64,000 nt of DNA from Octopus sinensis (lineage: Eukaryota): positions 15,500,001 through 15,564,000 of the forward strand of contig NC_043009.1 of assembly GCF_006345805.1 (NCBI RefSeq). Reading direction: 5' to 3'. Positions 1 to 12,308 of this stretch are shown here, piece by piece; within the stretch, counting starts at the first letter, position 1; each line of letters opens with the position of its first letter. Under the pieces are notes generated by a model. It did no database searches. It had not been told where the DNA came from and saw only the letters and a program-made list of their open reading frames with translations. A program made the translations under genes and the position numbers.

Positions 1-233
1 ATTATGGGAGCCACCTGGATAATTTATCCTAATGTATTCATATATGTGTGTATGTGTGCGTGTGTGTGCGTACATACATATACATATATATGTAAACATA
101 CATACATAAATATACTTGTATGAATTTATATATATATACATGTATATGGATATGTGTCAATCCATCAATATACATATCTATATATGGATATATATGTATG
201 TATTTATATATGTATGTATGTATGTATGTATGT

Positions 234-558
234 GAATGCGCGTGGCTTAGTGTTTAAGGCATTCAGCTTACGATCGTAAGGTCGTGAGTTCAATTCCCGG
301 CGACGCATTGTGTCCTTGAGCAAGACACTTTATTTCACATTTCTCCACCATTAAGCTGGCCAAAATGAGTAGTACCTGCATTTCAAAGGGCCAGCCTTGT
401 CACACTCAGTGTCACGTTGAATTTCCATGAGAACTACGCAATAGGTACACGTGATCGTGACTTGCTCAGCTACTTGTACGCTTAATTTCACGAGCAAGCT
501 GTTCCGTTGATTGTATCAGCGGGGAACCTCGTCGTCGTAACCGACAGAGTGCTTCTCC
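234..558 (+). mobile_element. tRNA-derived SINE (family C; CORE-like centre, 3' tail shared with copies at 39480 and 49069)
   Basis: A-box-like TGGCTTAGTG and B-box GAGTTCAATTCC, then GTGTCCTTGAGCAAGACACTT (CORE-like). Tail AAAGGGCCAGCCTTGTCACAC...GTCGTAACCGACAGAGTGC recurs twice more in the window. Confidence 0.8.
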
Positions 559-689
559 TATGTATGTATGTATGTATGTATGTATGTATGTATGTATGTA
601 TGTACGTATGCATGCATGCATGCATGCATGTATGTACGTATGTATGCATGCATGTATGCATGTATGTATGTACTTATGTAAACATGTTT

Positions 690-959
690 GGATGTGCGTC
701 CATCTGTCATTTGTCCAACATGGCCAGACCATTTCATTTGGTTTTCCGGAATCATTGCTCTAATTGAAGTGATGCCTGCAGCCGCAAAGGCAAACTTACT
801 GGAGTAAAAAAACCAGAAAAAAAGTCCTTTAATATATAAAATGCAATGAAGGCAATTTTGGTGGAATTGTCCTACCAATTTAAAATGCCTTTTATTACAC
901 ATCCATGTTTCAGAAGCATACAACAGTGATGGTAAGACAAGCGATTTGTAAAGAGCCAA
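690..959 (-). pseudogene. RTE-clade LINE ORF C-terminal fragment (inverted piece)
   Basis: Translates as LYKSLVLPSLLYASETW...FHQNCLHCIL...AGITSIRAM...QMKWSGHVGQM, the typical post-RT region of RTE/BovB-like elements. Confidence 0.8.
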
Positions 960-964
960 TTGTG

Positions 965-1400
965 TGTTCTTGGCGCCAAAGTTATGACTCTGAAAAACAA
1001 AATGAGATGGTCTGCTCCTATTGTTCGAATGACAGATAGACGCACACGCAAACAGCTGTTTTATGGCGAGCTTGCAGAGGAGAAACTCTATCGGTGTAAT
1101 CCTAAAAATAAGATGAAGGATGGCATAAGTACTACTATAAAGTCATTTGGAATGGATCAAGAGGACATAGAAATCCTTTCTTCAGATCGGGCTCGATAGC
1201 GAACAAAAGTGTGAAGTGGAGGGAAAGCATTCGAAGAGGCCAGGACAAAGCATGCAAGACTGAAGAGATATTTAAAGAAGAATGTTACGATCGAAAAGCT
1301 GAATCACATTTGACCTTTTTGTGTGCAGAGTTTGTGACAGATCATGCCTTTCTGTTGCTGGGCTCAAATCTCACTCGTGAATCCATGAAAAACGAACCTC
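965..1400 (+). pseudogene. RTE-clade LINE ORF 3' end
   Basis: MRWSAPIVRMTDRRTRKQLFYGEL...SDRAR*..WRESIRRG and a terminal C-x-x-C/H zinc-finger-like remnant (GLKSHS). Contains stops and frameshifts. Confidence 0.8.
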
Positions 1401-1777
1401 CATCAACTATTCTGCCTATATATCTCTGCACACCTTTCAACGCTGTGCATGCCATAAGATCTCCAAATCTAACGGAGGTCTGAAAATACATTTTATGATC
1501 CACAAAGATCAGAACGTTTCTGCAGCTCTTGGCGGTTCAAGTCGGATATGCAATCTATGCGGATGTCTTTTCAATACATTGTCTGATTTAAAAAGCCACA
1601 TCAGACGCCATGGTGGATCTTAGGTGTAGGAACAAGAGGTGGTCAGACTCTGCATAAGGTGTACACAACTACCATTTATATATAAGCTAATATTTTGCTT
1701 ACGCTTAGCGCTACTTCTAACCTGTGTTACAGTTCAGTATATACGCACGCACACACGCACAATCATACAGCCACACA

Positions 1778-1848
<71 letters not shown>

Positions 1849-1867
1849 ATACATATATATATGTATA

Positions 1868-1912
<45 letters not shown>

Positions 1913-1984
1913 ATACATACTTTAAATTAAAGCGTTGAGTTAATACATATCGTAACATGAATATAATCTTGTCTAATCTAGGCA

Positions 1985-2362
1985 CAAGTCCCAAAACTTC
2001 TTGGGAGGGGGCCAGTCAATTAGATCGACCCCAGTACGCAACTGGTACTTAATTTATCGACCCCGAAAAAAAAGAAAGGCAAAGTTTACCTCGACGGAAT
2101 TTGAACTCAGAACCTAGCGGCAGACGAAATACCTATTTCTTTACTACCTACAAAGGGTTAAACACAGAGGGGACAAACACGAACAGAAAGACGGATTAAG
2201 TCAATTATATCGACCCCAGTACATAACTGGTACTTATTTAATCGACCCCGAAAGGATGAAAGGCAAAGTCGACCTCGGTGGAATTTGAACTCAGAACATA
2301 ACGGCAGACGTAATATAGCTACGCATTTCGCCCGGCGTGCTAACGTTTCTGCCAGCTCACCA
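1985..2362 (-). mobile_element. Two adjacent tRNA-derived SINE copies (family B); 2134-2362 near full length, 1985-2133 partial
   Basis: Reverse complement GGTGAGCTGGCAGAAACGTTAGCACGCC...GAGTTCAAATTCC...GCCTTTCATCCTTTCGGGGTCGAT...GTACCAG. The central block resembles the Deu/Nin SINE domain as I recall it. Matches the copy at 22837. Confidence 0.85.
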
Positions 2363-2947
2363 CCAAAACATGAATAACATGAATATAATGAATGCAATTA
2401 AATAGAGGAAACGAAGCACTGTTTCTTTGTCATTTACTTTTTAAATTAGATAAGCAGAAACTGCTTATAAGGAAACGTAGTAGTAGGGAGGGTATTTCCA
2501 TGAAAACTTGGCTATACTAATAATTAGATGTTTAAATCAAGTCTTATCTTTACAGCTGTTTCGTATAAAGAATGACTGGTGCCATAACCAGGTATATTAT
2601 ATGATAAGATGTAATAATATTGTAGGTGTATTGACTAGAATGATTTTCAGAGGTCTGTAATGTGAAATCATTTTGTCCTCACCAGAATAATCTTTCAAAT
2701 ATTTTAGTAGGGAACAGTGTTTATAAATGTATAAATTGAATGGGAAATGCGATAAGCAGGGTTGAGAGAATCGTAAAGAGCAGAAGATAGCGGGTCAGAT
2801 GGGATGATGGTAGAAGAGTGGGAAGTAGAAAGTAAAAGACGCCAGTTATCAGCACCAGAAATAAAGAAACAAGCAGGCTATAAAACTAAGGAAATGGGCT
2901 AGATAAAAGAGAGGCAGGTGTCTTCGAAGAAGGAATTAAATGTGGGA

Positions 2948-3006
<59 letters not shown>

Positions 3007-3474
3007 GCGGTGTTTGATAACAGAATCAGGTATAGGTATAATATACAATAAATCGATTTGTATTGATTAGAAAATAAAATATGAAATCATACCGAATTGG
3101 TTTAGAATTTAGACACATTTCCTCATTCTTTTGTAATAAAATTCTTCAGAACGAATATAATGAGATTCATTTAATCACTTCAGCCTTTTTGCCTTGAGAT
3201 ATTAAGCTCTTATTGAATTTCCCAACCAGTTTCACTGTAAACTTTGAGCGTTTTGTCAGTTTACTGGGCGTTAAAACATGGCTGTGTGTATAGAATCACT
3301 TTATCAGCAAACCACAGCTCGTTATTTGCATTTATGCCATGTCAGGCATACAATGTTCCAAACCTTTTTGTCTTTAATCTGCAACGCAAAAAGGCAACCG
3401 CTAGCAGGTTGCTTGATCTGCCAGACATAGCCAGCAACTGAATCGTCTTCATTGTCTCTAAAATATTTGTTTAA

Positions 3475-3680
3475 AATTTTGGCAGAAGGCCAGGAACTTT
3501 TTAAAGGAGGAAGAAGGCGATTACATCGACCCCTTGTACTTTACTGGTACTTATTTTACCGACTTGGAAAGAACGAAATGTAACGTCAAACTGGGCGGAA
3601 TTTCAACTCCGACCGTAAAGGCGAACGAAATGACTCTAAGCATTTTCGTCCAGCAGGCTAACAATTATGGCAGCTTGTCG
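3475..3680 (-). mobile_element. Degenerate family B SINE
   Basis: GATTACATCGACCCC...ACTGGTACTTATTTT...GGCGGAATTTCAACTC aligns to family B. Confidence 0.7.
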
Positions 3681-4737
3681 CTTTTATTATCTCTAAAATA
3701 ATGAGTGTTAATGGCTATAGTGGGTTTATCATTAGATTACTTTTCTCGGGAGATAACGCCCCGATATCACAGTCTACCGGTTTGTATAATGATGATCACA
3801 AGGTATAATGTAGTTCAAGTTAAACCATATCTAAAAGAAATAAAATAGTTACGCTTAGCATAGTTTTCATTACCTCTGTAACTTATAAGGACTCAAATGG
3901 GGCTAAGCTTTAACAATGAAAACTACATAGAGACAAATAAAACTTTACACCTTCTTAATATATGCGATTTCTTATCGTAATATTATATCTCGTTGTATAC
4001 ATTTTTTGTAGCATTTGCACACATTTATTGCCAATATATTGCCATGTCCTCAAGCGTTAAAACTTAAACTTTAGAAATCAACATTCGATTCGTCTTCTAT
4101 ATAGCTAACACTAACAGGCATCTTTTTCGGGTAATATCTAGTTCCAAATATTTTAAAGTGAGCATTAGACATTTATATCATATACCAGTGATCGTCATAT
4201 CTTCGCTTGATACAAATGAGTCCATTAACAGCTTTAATAGGAAACATTGTAAGACTGATACAAAACATACCTATGACCGTATCAGCTGTAATTTTAACAT
4301 GTAAACACACATTATATATACACTCACAATCTATAAGTTTTACTGGAGAACTTATTTGAGCTGATATTTAAATATACGAGTGTAGGACAAAAACCCTCCA
4401 GTACAAAACGCTCCTTTGGACAAAATCTCCTCGGACAAAACTCCCTTCGTTAAAAAGTGAAAGAGGACAAAACATTCTAAGTTATATTTTTGGCGGAGGT
4501 GTACAATAAGCACACCACCCTCATTTTTTTTCATTTTTACAGATTCCGACCTTTTCGGTACCGGAGATACCGAGTCTGACAAAAGAATCGGTTTTTATTT
4601 CTTAAAATTTAATTATGATGATGGCGAATGAATTTGATATTGATGATGAAATTTTTCCTGAATAATGAAAAAAAAACTGTTGTAGCCTATATTTTCAGGT
4701 TTGCATAGCTTTTATCTATAATTGACTGTTAATTTTT

Positions 4738-5719
4738 GGAGAGTAGAAAATCCCTTCCATTATAATTTAGGCGGAGTTGTACACAAAGCACCTAACACTG
4801 TGTTTTATAAATTCCGACGTTTTCAGCAACAGAGATACCGATTCTGCTGTTGCTGGTGGTAATGGCTGTTTTATTGGCGGTCACCGTTTTGGCGGAGGTT
4901 ATGATGATAATGATAGTGAGGAGGAGGATAACGATGATGATGATGGTGCTAGTGGTGGTGGTGGTGGTGGTGGTGGTGGTAATGATAGTGGTGTTGATGA
5001 TGATGGTAGCGTTGGTGGCGATGGTCGTTATTGCGATGATGATGATGAATGTTTTATAACTCGTAAAACATTTCTTGATGTCAATTTGCCTTTTATGTTA
5101 TAATTTAAAAAATGTGTACATTGAGTAGTAAGGTCTCTTACGTTCTATTTGTTTTATTCAAATAATTTATTTTTGATTGAACATATTTTTCTACGTTTAA
5201 AAATTGGAATTTTGGAAAATAAAAGTTTTTTCACAACCGTGACATCCGTTTTTGTTTACATATATTCAAGAGACTTAGCTACCATTTCTAGCATGTAGAG
5301 AGACCGTCTGCTCTTAACTTCATGCGCTAGTTGAAAATCACCTACGCATGCGTGAATGAGTGAATGATTTTAAAACATCTGGAATATTTGTGTGGATATG
5401 GTCAGTGTAGGAGGAAATATCATTTGTTTTTTTTAAATGTGAAATTTTAGAAAAAAATGTTTTCCTAATCATAATGTCCGTATTTTTCTACGTTAATTTC
5501 CTCAAAAGAAGAAAAAAACATTACGCAAAAAGTGAAAAACGAAAAAAATTGGGATGGCGGTGTATTTAAATTTTGAAATGCGGATATTTTTGTTTTTTTT
5601 TGTTTTTGTTAGAATCTCCGTTGCTGAAAACATCGCAATTTGTAGAATAAAAAAAACAGGGTGGGGTGATTTTTGTACACCTCCGACAAAATTATAACGG
5701 AGGAGATTTTCTCCTCTCC
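4738..5719. mobile_element. MITE-like non-autonomous DNA element with ~110-bp imperfect TIRs; extra related left end at 4481-4580
   Basis: Left GGAGAGTAGAAAATCCCTTCCATTATAATTTAGGCGGAGTTGTACAC versus reverse complement of right GTACACCTCCGACAAAATTATAACGGAGGAGATTTTCTCCTCTCC. A second left-end copy GTTATATTTTTGGCGGAGGTGTACAA is at 4481. Confidence 0.6.
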
Positions 5720-8700
5720 AAAAATTATGTCAAGTATAAAACAAAAGCTATTCAATCCTCAAAATATGAGCCACAAATAGTTTTTTTTTTTCATTATTCA
5801 GGAAAAACAATGTTACGTATGATGCATATATAAACTATACTCCAAACTGCACGAACGGAATTTCATGTGAAATTCGACCTATAGTGAGACACACTTAAGG
5901 TGTAAAGAAAAGAAGGAATGATTTAAAAACATATTTCCATTAAATAAGATTTCTCTCGTATCTAGGAAAACGAAAACCTCACATGACACTTTAGTGAATC
6001 GGAATGGAAGAGGGAAGATACTTTCATTGATTAAAAGATTGATCCTTCAATATTAATTTTGAACCATATGATCGTTATTTACAAGCAGAAGTCATTTATA
6101 TCCCTCCAAGTTTGTTCAGAATTCATTTGTTCTATGTTAGATTTTATAGCCAGGCGAATAAATATTGAGTGCATTACATTATGTTGATGAGATCTTATAT
6201 GACAAAAGCACATATAAATTTGTGCTTGAGGTTTTTGCCTGTCATTCGCACTTCAGTGATGCATATGAATTCCGTAGCGTATTATGCCTATGATATTTTC
6301 ATCTATTTTATTTAAACGAATGCCTTAATTCTCAGTTGATTCGAAAGATGCTTGCAATTACAGCTCGCTTTTCATTTTTATTTCGTAAGAGATACATTTC
6401 AAATAACTGACGTTTTATTATTGCACTCAACCCTTTAACATATTTGACCATTCAAGTTATTTCTTTAGGCCATTCTGTTATAAATCAACTATCAACAACA
6501 AACGGACTTTACAAATGCTGATGTATATTTTTATTTACATTAATCACCCTAGATGTTTCCTTACAAACTTGAAACCTCTCTAAAAGATTTACATTATCAT
6601 ATCTCATATTAGATCCTTTACTATTTCTATTTACAAAATTTGCTGTATAAATATTTTTCATCTATTCCCATCTCAAAGTTGTAATAAAAAAATTAGTTAA
6701 GTTGTAGCTTGATTCTAATATACATTCATTGTAAGATCGCCATGTGTTTTCATGCCATATTTCCCGTTTATAATAGTATAATTTAATATGAAACCTTTCT
6801 ACGCCTGAAGGCCGTTTTATTTTCATTATTAACATTCAAGTAAGAAGCAAAGAAGAACAATACAAACTAATAACAATCATATCAGTTACGACGACGACGA
6901 TGATTATGATGAAGATGACAGAGAACCACAAAGAAGATAACGATATTGTTAGAGAGAAGGAAAAATGAGGGAAGGAGGTTAAGGAATTTGCTGGCGGTGG
7001 TGATGATGAGTAGATTATGAAAAATGATTGATGTCATGATAATTGTCACATTTATTTATATAATCCAAGCTGCTGTTGTCCGATAAATTTCACAAGATGC
7101 CATGCCATTAATAAAGTTTGAATTAACTCAGCTAGGAATATGTCGCTTGGGAAAGTCAGCTATTTAATATACTACATAGGAAATCTATTAGAAATAAAAT
7201 ATTCTAATTCATGATGGGATATCATTTCATTAATAGGGTTCTTTCTTTTAGACACTTAGATCTGTAGAAATATGTGTCTTGCTAAAAAATTAAAATCATC
7301 AAATGAGAAAAATGAGAAAATTATTCTTTGTTCCTTCTTTATCTTAAAACTGCATAGTAATCTCATATCTGATTGAACTTCTCTTCTATCTTAATTTTAT
7401 GTAGCATCTTATAAAGAGTGAATTTGCTGATATTACGAACACTTTGCTGTTGTAGTAATTCCACTCTAGTACTGCATAAGGTGCAATGTAACACGTATAC
7501 CCTACTTTCGTCACTGAATTCAATACATGACACAGATATTGAGTGTTATGCAGTTGAATTACCTTCTCATGGCGGGTGTATTCAAATCCAGTGTAAATGA
7601 TTGGTTTATTTTTAGATAGAAAGTTTTGCTCGCGTGCTTTCACCTAGCTGTCGATATATGCTTGATTAGGTTAGGAACTTACAGCTTCGATCTAAGACCA
7701 ACAATTTTCTTGGACTGCATCTAATAGTTTTAATGTTTGTATTTTATAGCTCGTGAACATTAGCATTTTCAGGAAAAAATGGTTGAGAGCCATTTTAGTT
7801 ATTAGCAAGAAATCATCTTTTTTATTTGTTTCCTATCGAACGTTCTTTCGTTGTGCACAGTAATCCATCCACCTAGCATGATCCATTATATAAACGTATC
7901 GAAAATACAGTTCGCCTGATTTGATCTCAAATCCGCCGTGTGCATTTCGCAAGGATTTTCCCCTTTCATCTACATGTATGATACAAATGGCAGAATATTT
8001 ATAAGTTATATTTCCGATCGATGTTCAAAACCAGACGAGATGTAATGTGTCTTGTGTCCCCAAGGAAATCTGTTATTTTCAATACAAACTATAATTTATC
8101 ATTTGCAGAGAGTATTACACTTTTTGAGGAAGTAACTTATTTTGTGCGCTCCTAAATTCACGTGCAATTTCATGTGACCTCTACAGAAACACCACCAACG
8201 TGGACAGTAATCCCTTCTGTCTTGCTGAGGTTATGCATTCATACATATACACACATACACACACACACACACATATGTACATGTATACATATATATGTAT
8301 ATGTATGTGTATGTGTATATATATATATATATAGATATATGTATATATATGTTTATATAAACATATATGTATATATATGTATACATATATATATGTATAC
8401 ATATGTATATATATACGTATATATATATGTATATGTGTATGTGTATATATATATATATATGTAAACTATTAAAGGTTGGATATCCAATACTAGTATATTT
8501 ATCTATTTGTCTTTCTACTTAGTGCTGTATTGAATACATGATGTGATTTTAGAGTCATATTTTGACTAATATTTCAAGTATGGTGGTGTCTCTTACATAC
8601 CCGTATTTATAATTTTGATAATAATTATAACCTTAAAGGTATTTTCTTCCCATGCTACCCACTCGATTTCATCGTTATATATAAAATGGTCTTATCCTTA

Positions 8701-10637
8701 TTTATATATATATATATAAATTTATATATATATATGTGTGTGTGTGTGTATATAGACACACATACATTCTTGTATCTCGAGTTTCACCCCACTGTGATCG
8801 TCAAGGAAACTTGTTACATTTCGTATGTAAAGGCATCTATGTATTCACTATAATAGACATGGCCTCCTGTTTGCCATCGTTAATTGCTTAACGCTTTGCA
8901 TTTTCTAATAAGCTGTTTTCCTGCCTCTTCATTAGTTATTTTTTAATGAGTTCAAATATTTTGAATCCTCTTTCCAATGAAGCTTTATTAATCTAATTGA
9001 GTGTTGACACTTGATATACTTTTAGTGCATTGTGTAAGCAAATATTATTTGCATATTTTATGAATACATTCTTTCTCAATGAGTATAATTGTAAAAATAA
9101 TTAATAATGATTCTATTGTAAAAAAAGACTTTGATGTCAGATATATTTTGTTGCGATTCTTATATAAAGTTGTTTTGATTCAATAAGAACAAATATTAGG
9201 GATTCGTATGCCTATGCACACTTCGAAATTATGCTTTTTTATGTGTGTCTATGAAGTTAATAGATTAATTTAGGATCGTGCGTACATATATTTTTGTACA
9301 CATACAATATTTATCTATAAACAAATTTACATTATGCATAAGACAGCATTGGTTATTGAGAGTGTTTCTTGAAATATATTTGTCTGACTGAATGATTTGC
9401 GTATGCGTGTTTCAATAGAAGTCTTATATTACCTGTTGTGGATTTTGGAATGATTTTTAAGGAAGAATTCATCTCTGTTTCATACAGCGTAATATGTTGT
9501 TATTTCTCTTATTTATTATGTTTCGAGTGTTTAAATGTGTGCAGAGGTGAATGAATCCAGGATTTTTATAAATTGTCTTTCACTTCCCATTTTATAATTG
9601 AAGCTATGCAAGTTTGGTTTAAACAGTGACGTTGCGATTTATGAGAATAATTTCCGGAATATATGTATTTTGCGTGCGTCTGGCTTTTAAGGTCTTACTA
9701 CTAGTACTGACATAGTATTTCTAGAATATCCTCGTTTATATATAGCTTCCATGTAACAGACATTGAATTGTTCTGATGTAGTTCTATGAGGTCATTCTTT
9801 CGTATGCAGCTGCAAATAACTTTTCTGTTCTTTAATAGAGTAGACTGTAGTATTAAAGTGGTTTTCGAAAGTGCATGCCAACTAGACCTAGGAATGTGCT
9901 TGCTACAGCTTGTTACAGATAGGCTTATGATTGGGATGAAACCTATTTATTTGTCTCTTGTTTAATATGCATTTGCGGTACCTTATGTATAGGTTGCAAT
10001 TACTCGTTTGGTACTCATTTTCGGGAATCATTATAATAGTTTGCTGCTGGGCTGATCTTTTTCAGAGGAAATATTTAATAATCTCCAGCTCATATTTTAG
10101 CATCAATAATAAACAGGACACTTTTTTGTGTGTATATATAATGACATTTACTAAAGTTTTCAAATAAAGGTTGTATTGCCTTGTATTTCGTTTTACAACT
10201 ACGCCCACGAATTTTATTAAGTTTATTATTGGTTTCTCTTATATTTCTTATATAGAAATCGTTAAAGTTCATCCTGAATTTCTATATACAATATCCGTAT
10301 ATATTTTTGGATATGACTACATTGCTGACTGTATATAGCCGTATATTACAAATTGCGGATATTGTATGCTATCAAGGGTGTATAGCCATAATAGTTCACA
10401 TATTGCTGCAGAATCGTAAGATCACGCGGTGACAGTAATTGCTTACTTGCGGAATGCAAAGTAGTTTTTTGCATACATAATGATACCACTTTCTGGGTGT
10501 ATATGTGCACACACACACGCACACACATACACACATACACATACACAAACACACACACGCACACAACACGCACACACACACATATATATGTATGCATATA
10601 TGTTTCTTTCTGCCTCTCTTTTTTCTCTATCGCACTT

Positions 10638-10713
<76 letters not shown>

Positions 10714-10821
10714 GCATATATAAATAAATAAATACAAACACACACGCATATATATATATATATACATATATATAAATCAATAAATGGTGGGGTTGTGTTG
10801 ACCGCACGTGGAGAAATGATA

Positions 10822-11196
10822 GTCGAGAAAAAATTATAAAAAGGCAGAATGTAAATTTTAATAAAAAATGTTGTATGGAAAATTAAAAAAATATAATAAA
10901 AAAATATAAACTCTAAACGGTTTTCATCGCAAAGCAAATTTTCAAGAATTGAAAGGTGAAAAGAATTTTTTTTAAATTGAGGAAGGGAAAGAAAGAAATT
11001 TACAATGTTTTTTTTTCTTTTTTCCCCTTCCTCAATTTAAAAAAAAATCTTTTCCCCTTGCAATTCTTGAAAATTTGCTTTAAAAACCATTTAGAGTTAA
11101 TATTTTTTATTATATTTTTTTAATTTTCAATACACCCATTTTTACGAAAATTTACCTTCAATTGAGCAATCTCCTTTTTTATAATTTTTCCTCGCC
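10822..11196. repeat. Imperfect ~370-bp AT-rich palindrome (fold-back element)
   Basis: Arms centred near 11003: AAAGCAAATTTTCAAGAATTG...AAATTGAGGAAGGG mirrored by CCCTTCCTCAATTT...CAATTCTTGAAAATTTGCTTT. Flanked by microsatellites. Confidence 0.8.
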
Positions 11197-11251
11197 TATA
11201 TAAATATATATATATATGTATATATGTGTGTGTGTGTGTAGATGTATATGG

Positions 11252-11282
<31 letters not shown>

Positions 11283-11313
11283 TATATATGCATGTATGCA
11301 TATGCGTGTATAT

Positions 11314-11370
<57 letters not shown>

Positions 11371-12124
11371 ATATGTAATATGTGACAATTATTCGACAGC
11401 CTTGATAAAACTCCGAGTTTTAACATGGTATCCGAATATTTGTCACATAATACATTTACAGATATATATACATATACCCTAAAATTCAGATGTGGGATTA
11501 TTCATTGAATAACGAGTTTATTTATTGAATAGGTTTAGGACATTTCGAAGTCTTCTTTGTGTTATAATAATTTCAGTTTGGAAGAAATTATGCTTACATG
11601 TTTGCATTAAAATGCTTGCTTGGAATTACACTCTACAACTGTACATTCACGAATGACACCAAATAGATGATGAAGTTTACTGAATGAAACAGAAATCAAA
11701 TGACCACAAATTTGAGGACCAAATGCTTTTTGCAATTTGCAGTTGTACCATGCCAGCAATTTATAGAAATATGAATGAACTAGGACAGGAAAAGTGGAAA
11801 AATCTGATAGGCGTTGGATTGAAGATGAAATGCAAAATGCAGATCATGCAGATCTGTAATACACAAACATGTTGCATAATTACATGTAGCGTTTCAACAA
11901 TATATCTTTTTGATAATGCAGTGATTACCTAACAAATTCAATGTATAAGAAGGAGTTAATTTTTCTTAAAGTCAAACAGGATATCAGTAAGTGGCATTCA
12001 TAAGAGAAAGGCTATGTGTAGCGAGACGGCTTGTGTTCTATGAAATTTCGTCCAGCTGTCTCGCGATTCTTCTGTGGAGAGCGGTCAAGTTTTCGCAAAG
12101 TACCTTCTTTTTGTCATCCAGTGC

Positions 12125-12148
12125 TTATTATTATTATTATTATTATTA

Positions 12149-12196
<48 letters not shown>

Positions 12197-12235
12197 CATT
12201 ATTATCATTATCATTATTATTACTATTATTATTAC

Positions 12236-12305
<70 letters not shown>
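12125..12305. repeat. (TTA)n microsatellite at the 3' end of the R4-like LINE
   Basis: Direct observation; (TAA)n on the element strand. Confidence 0.95.

Positions 12306-12308
<3 letters not shown>

Noticed and set aside
4385-4470. Short spaced repeats superficially like a CRISPR array
   Set aside because: Units are ~8-14 bp, irregular and degenerate, in eukaryotic DNA with no cas genes; better explained as transposon subterminal repeats.
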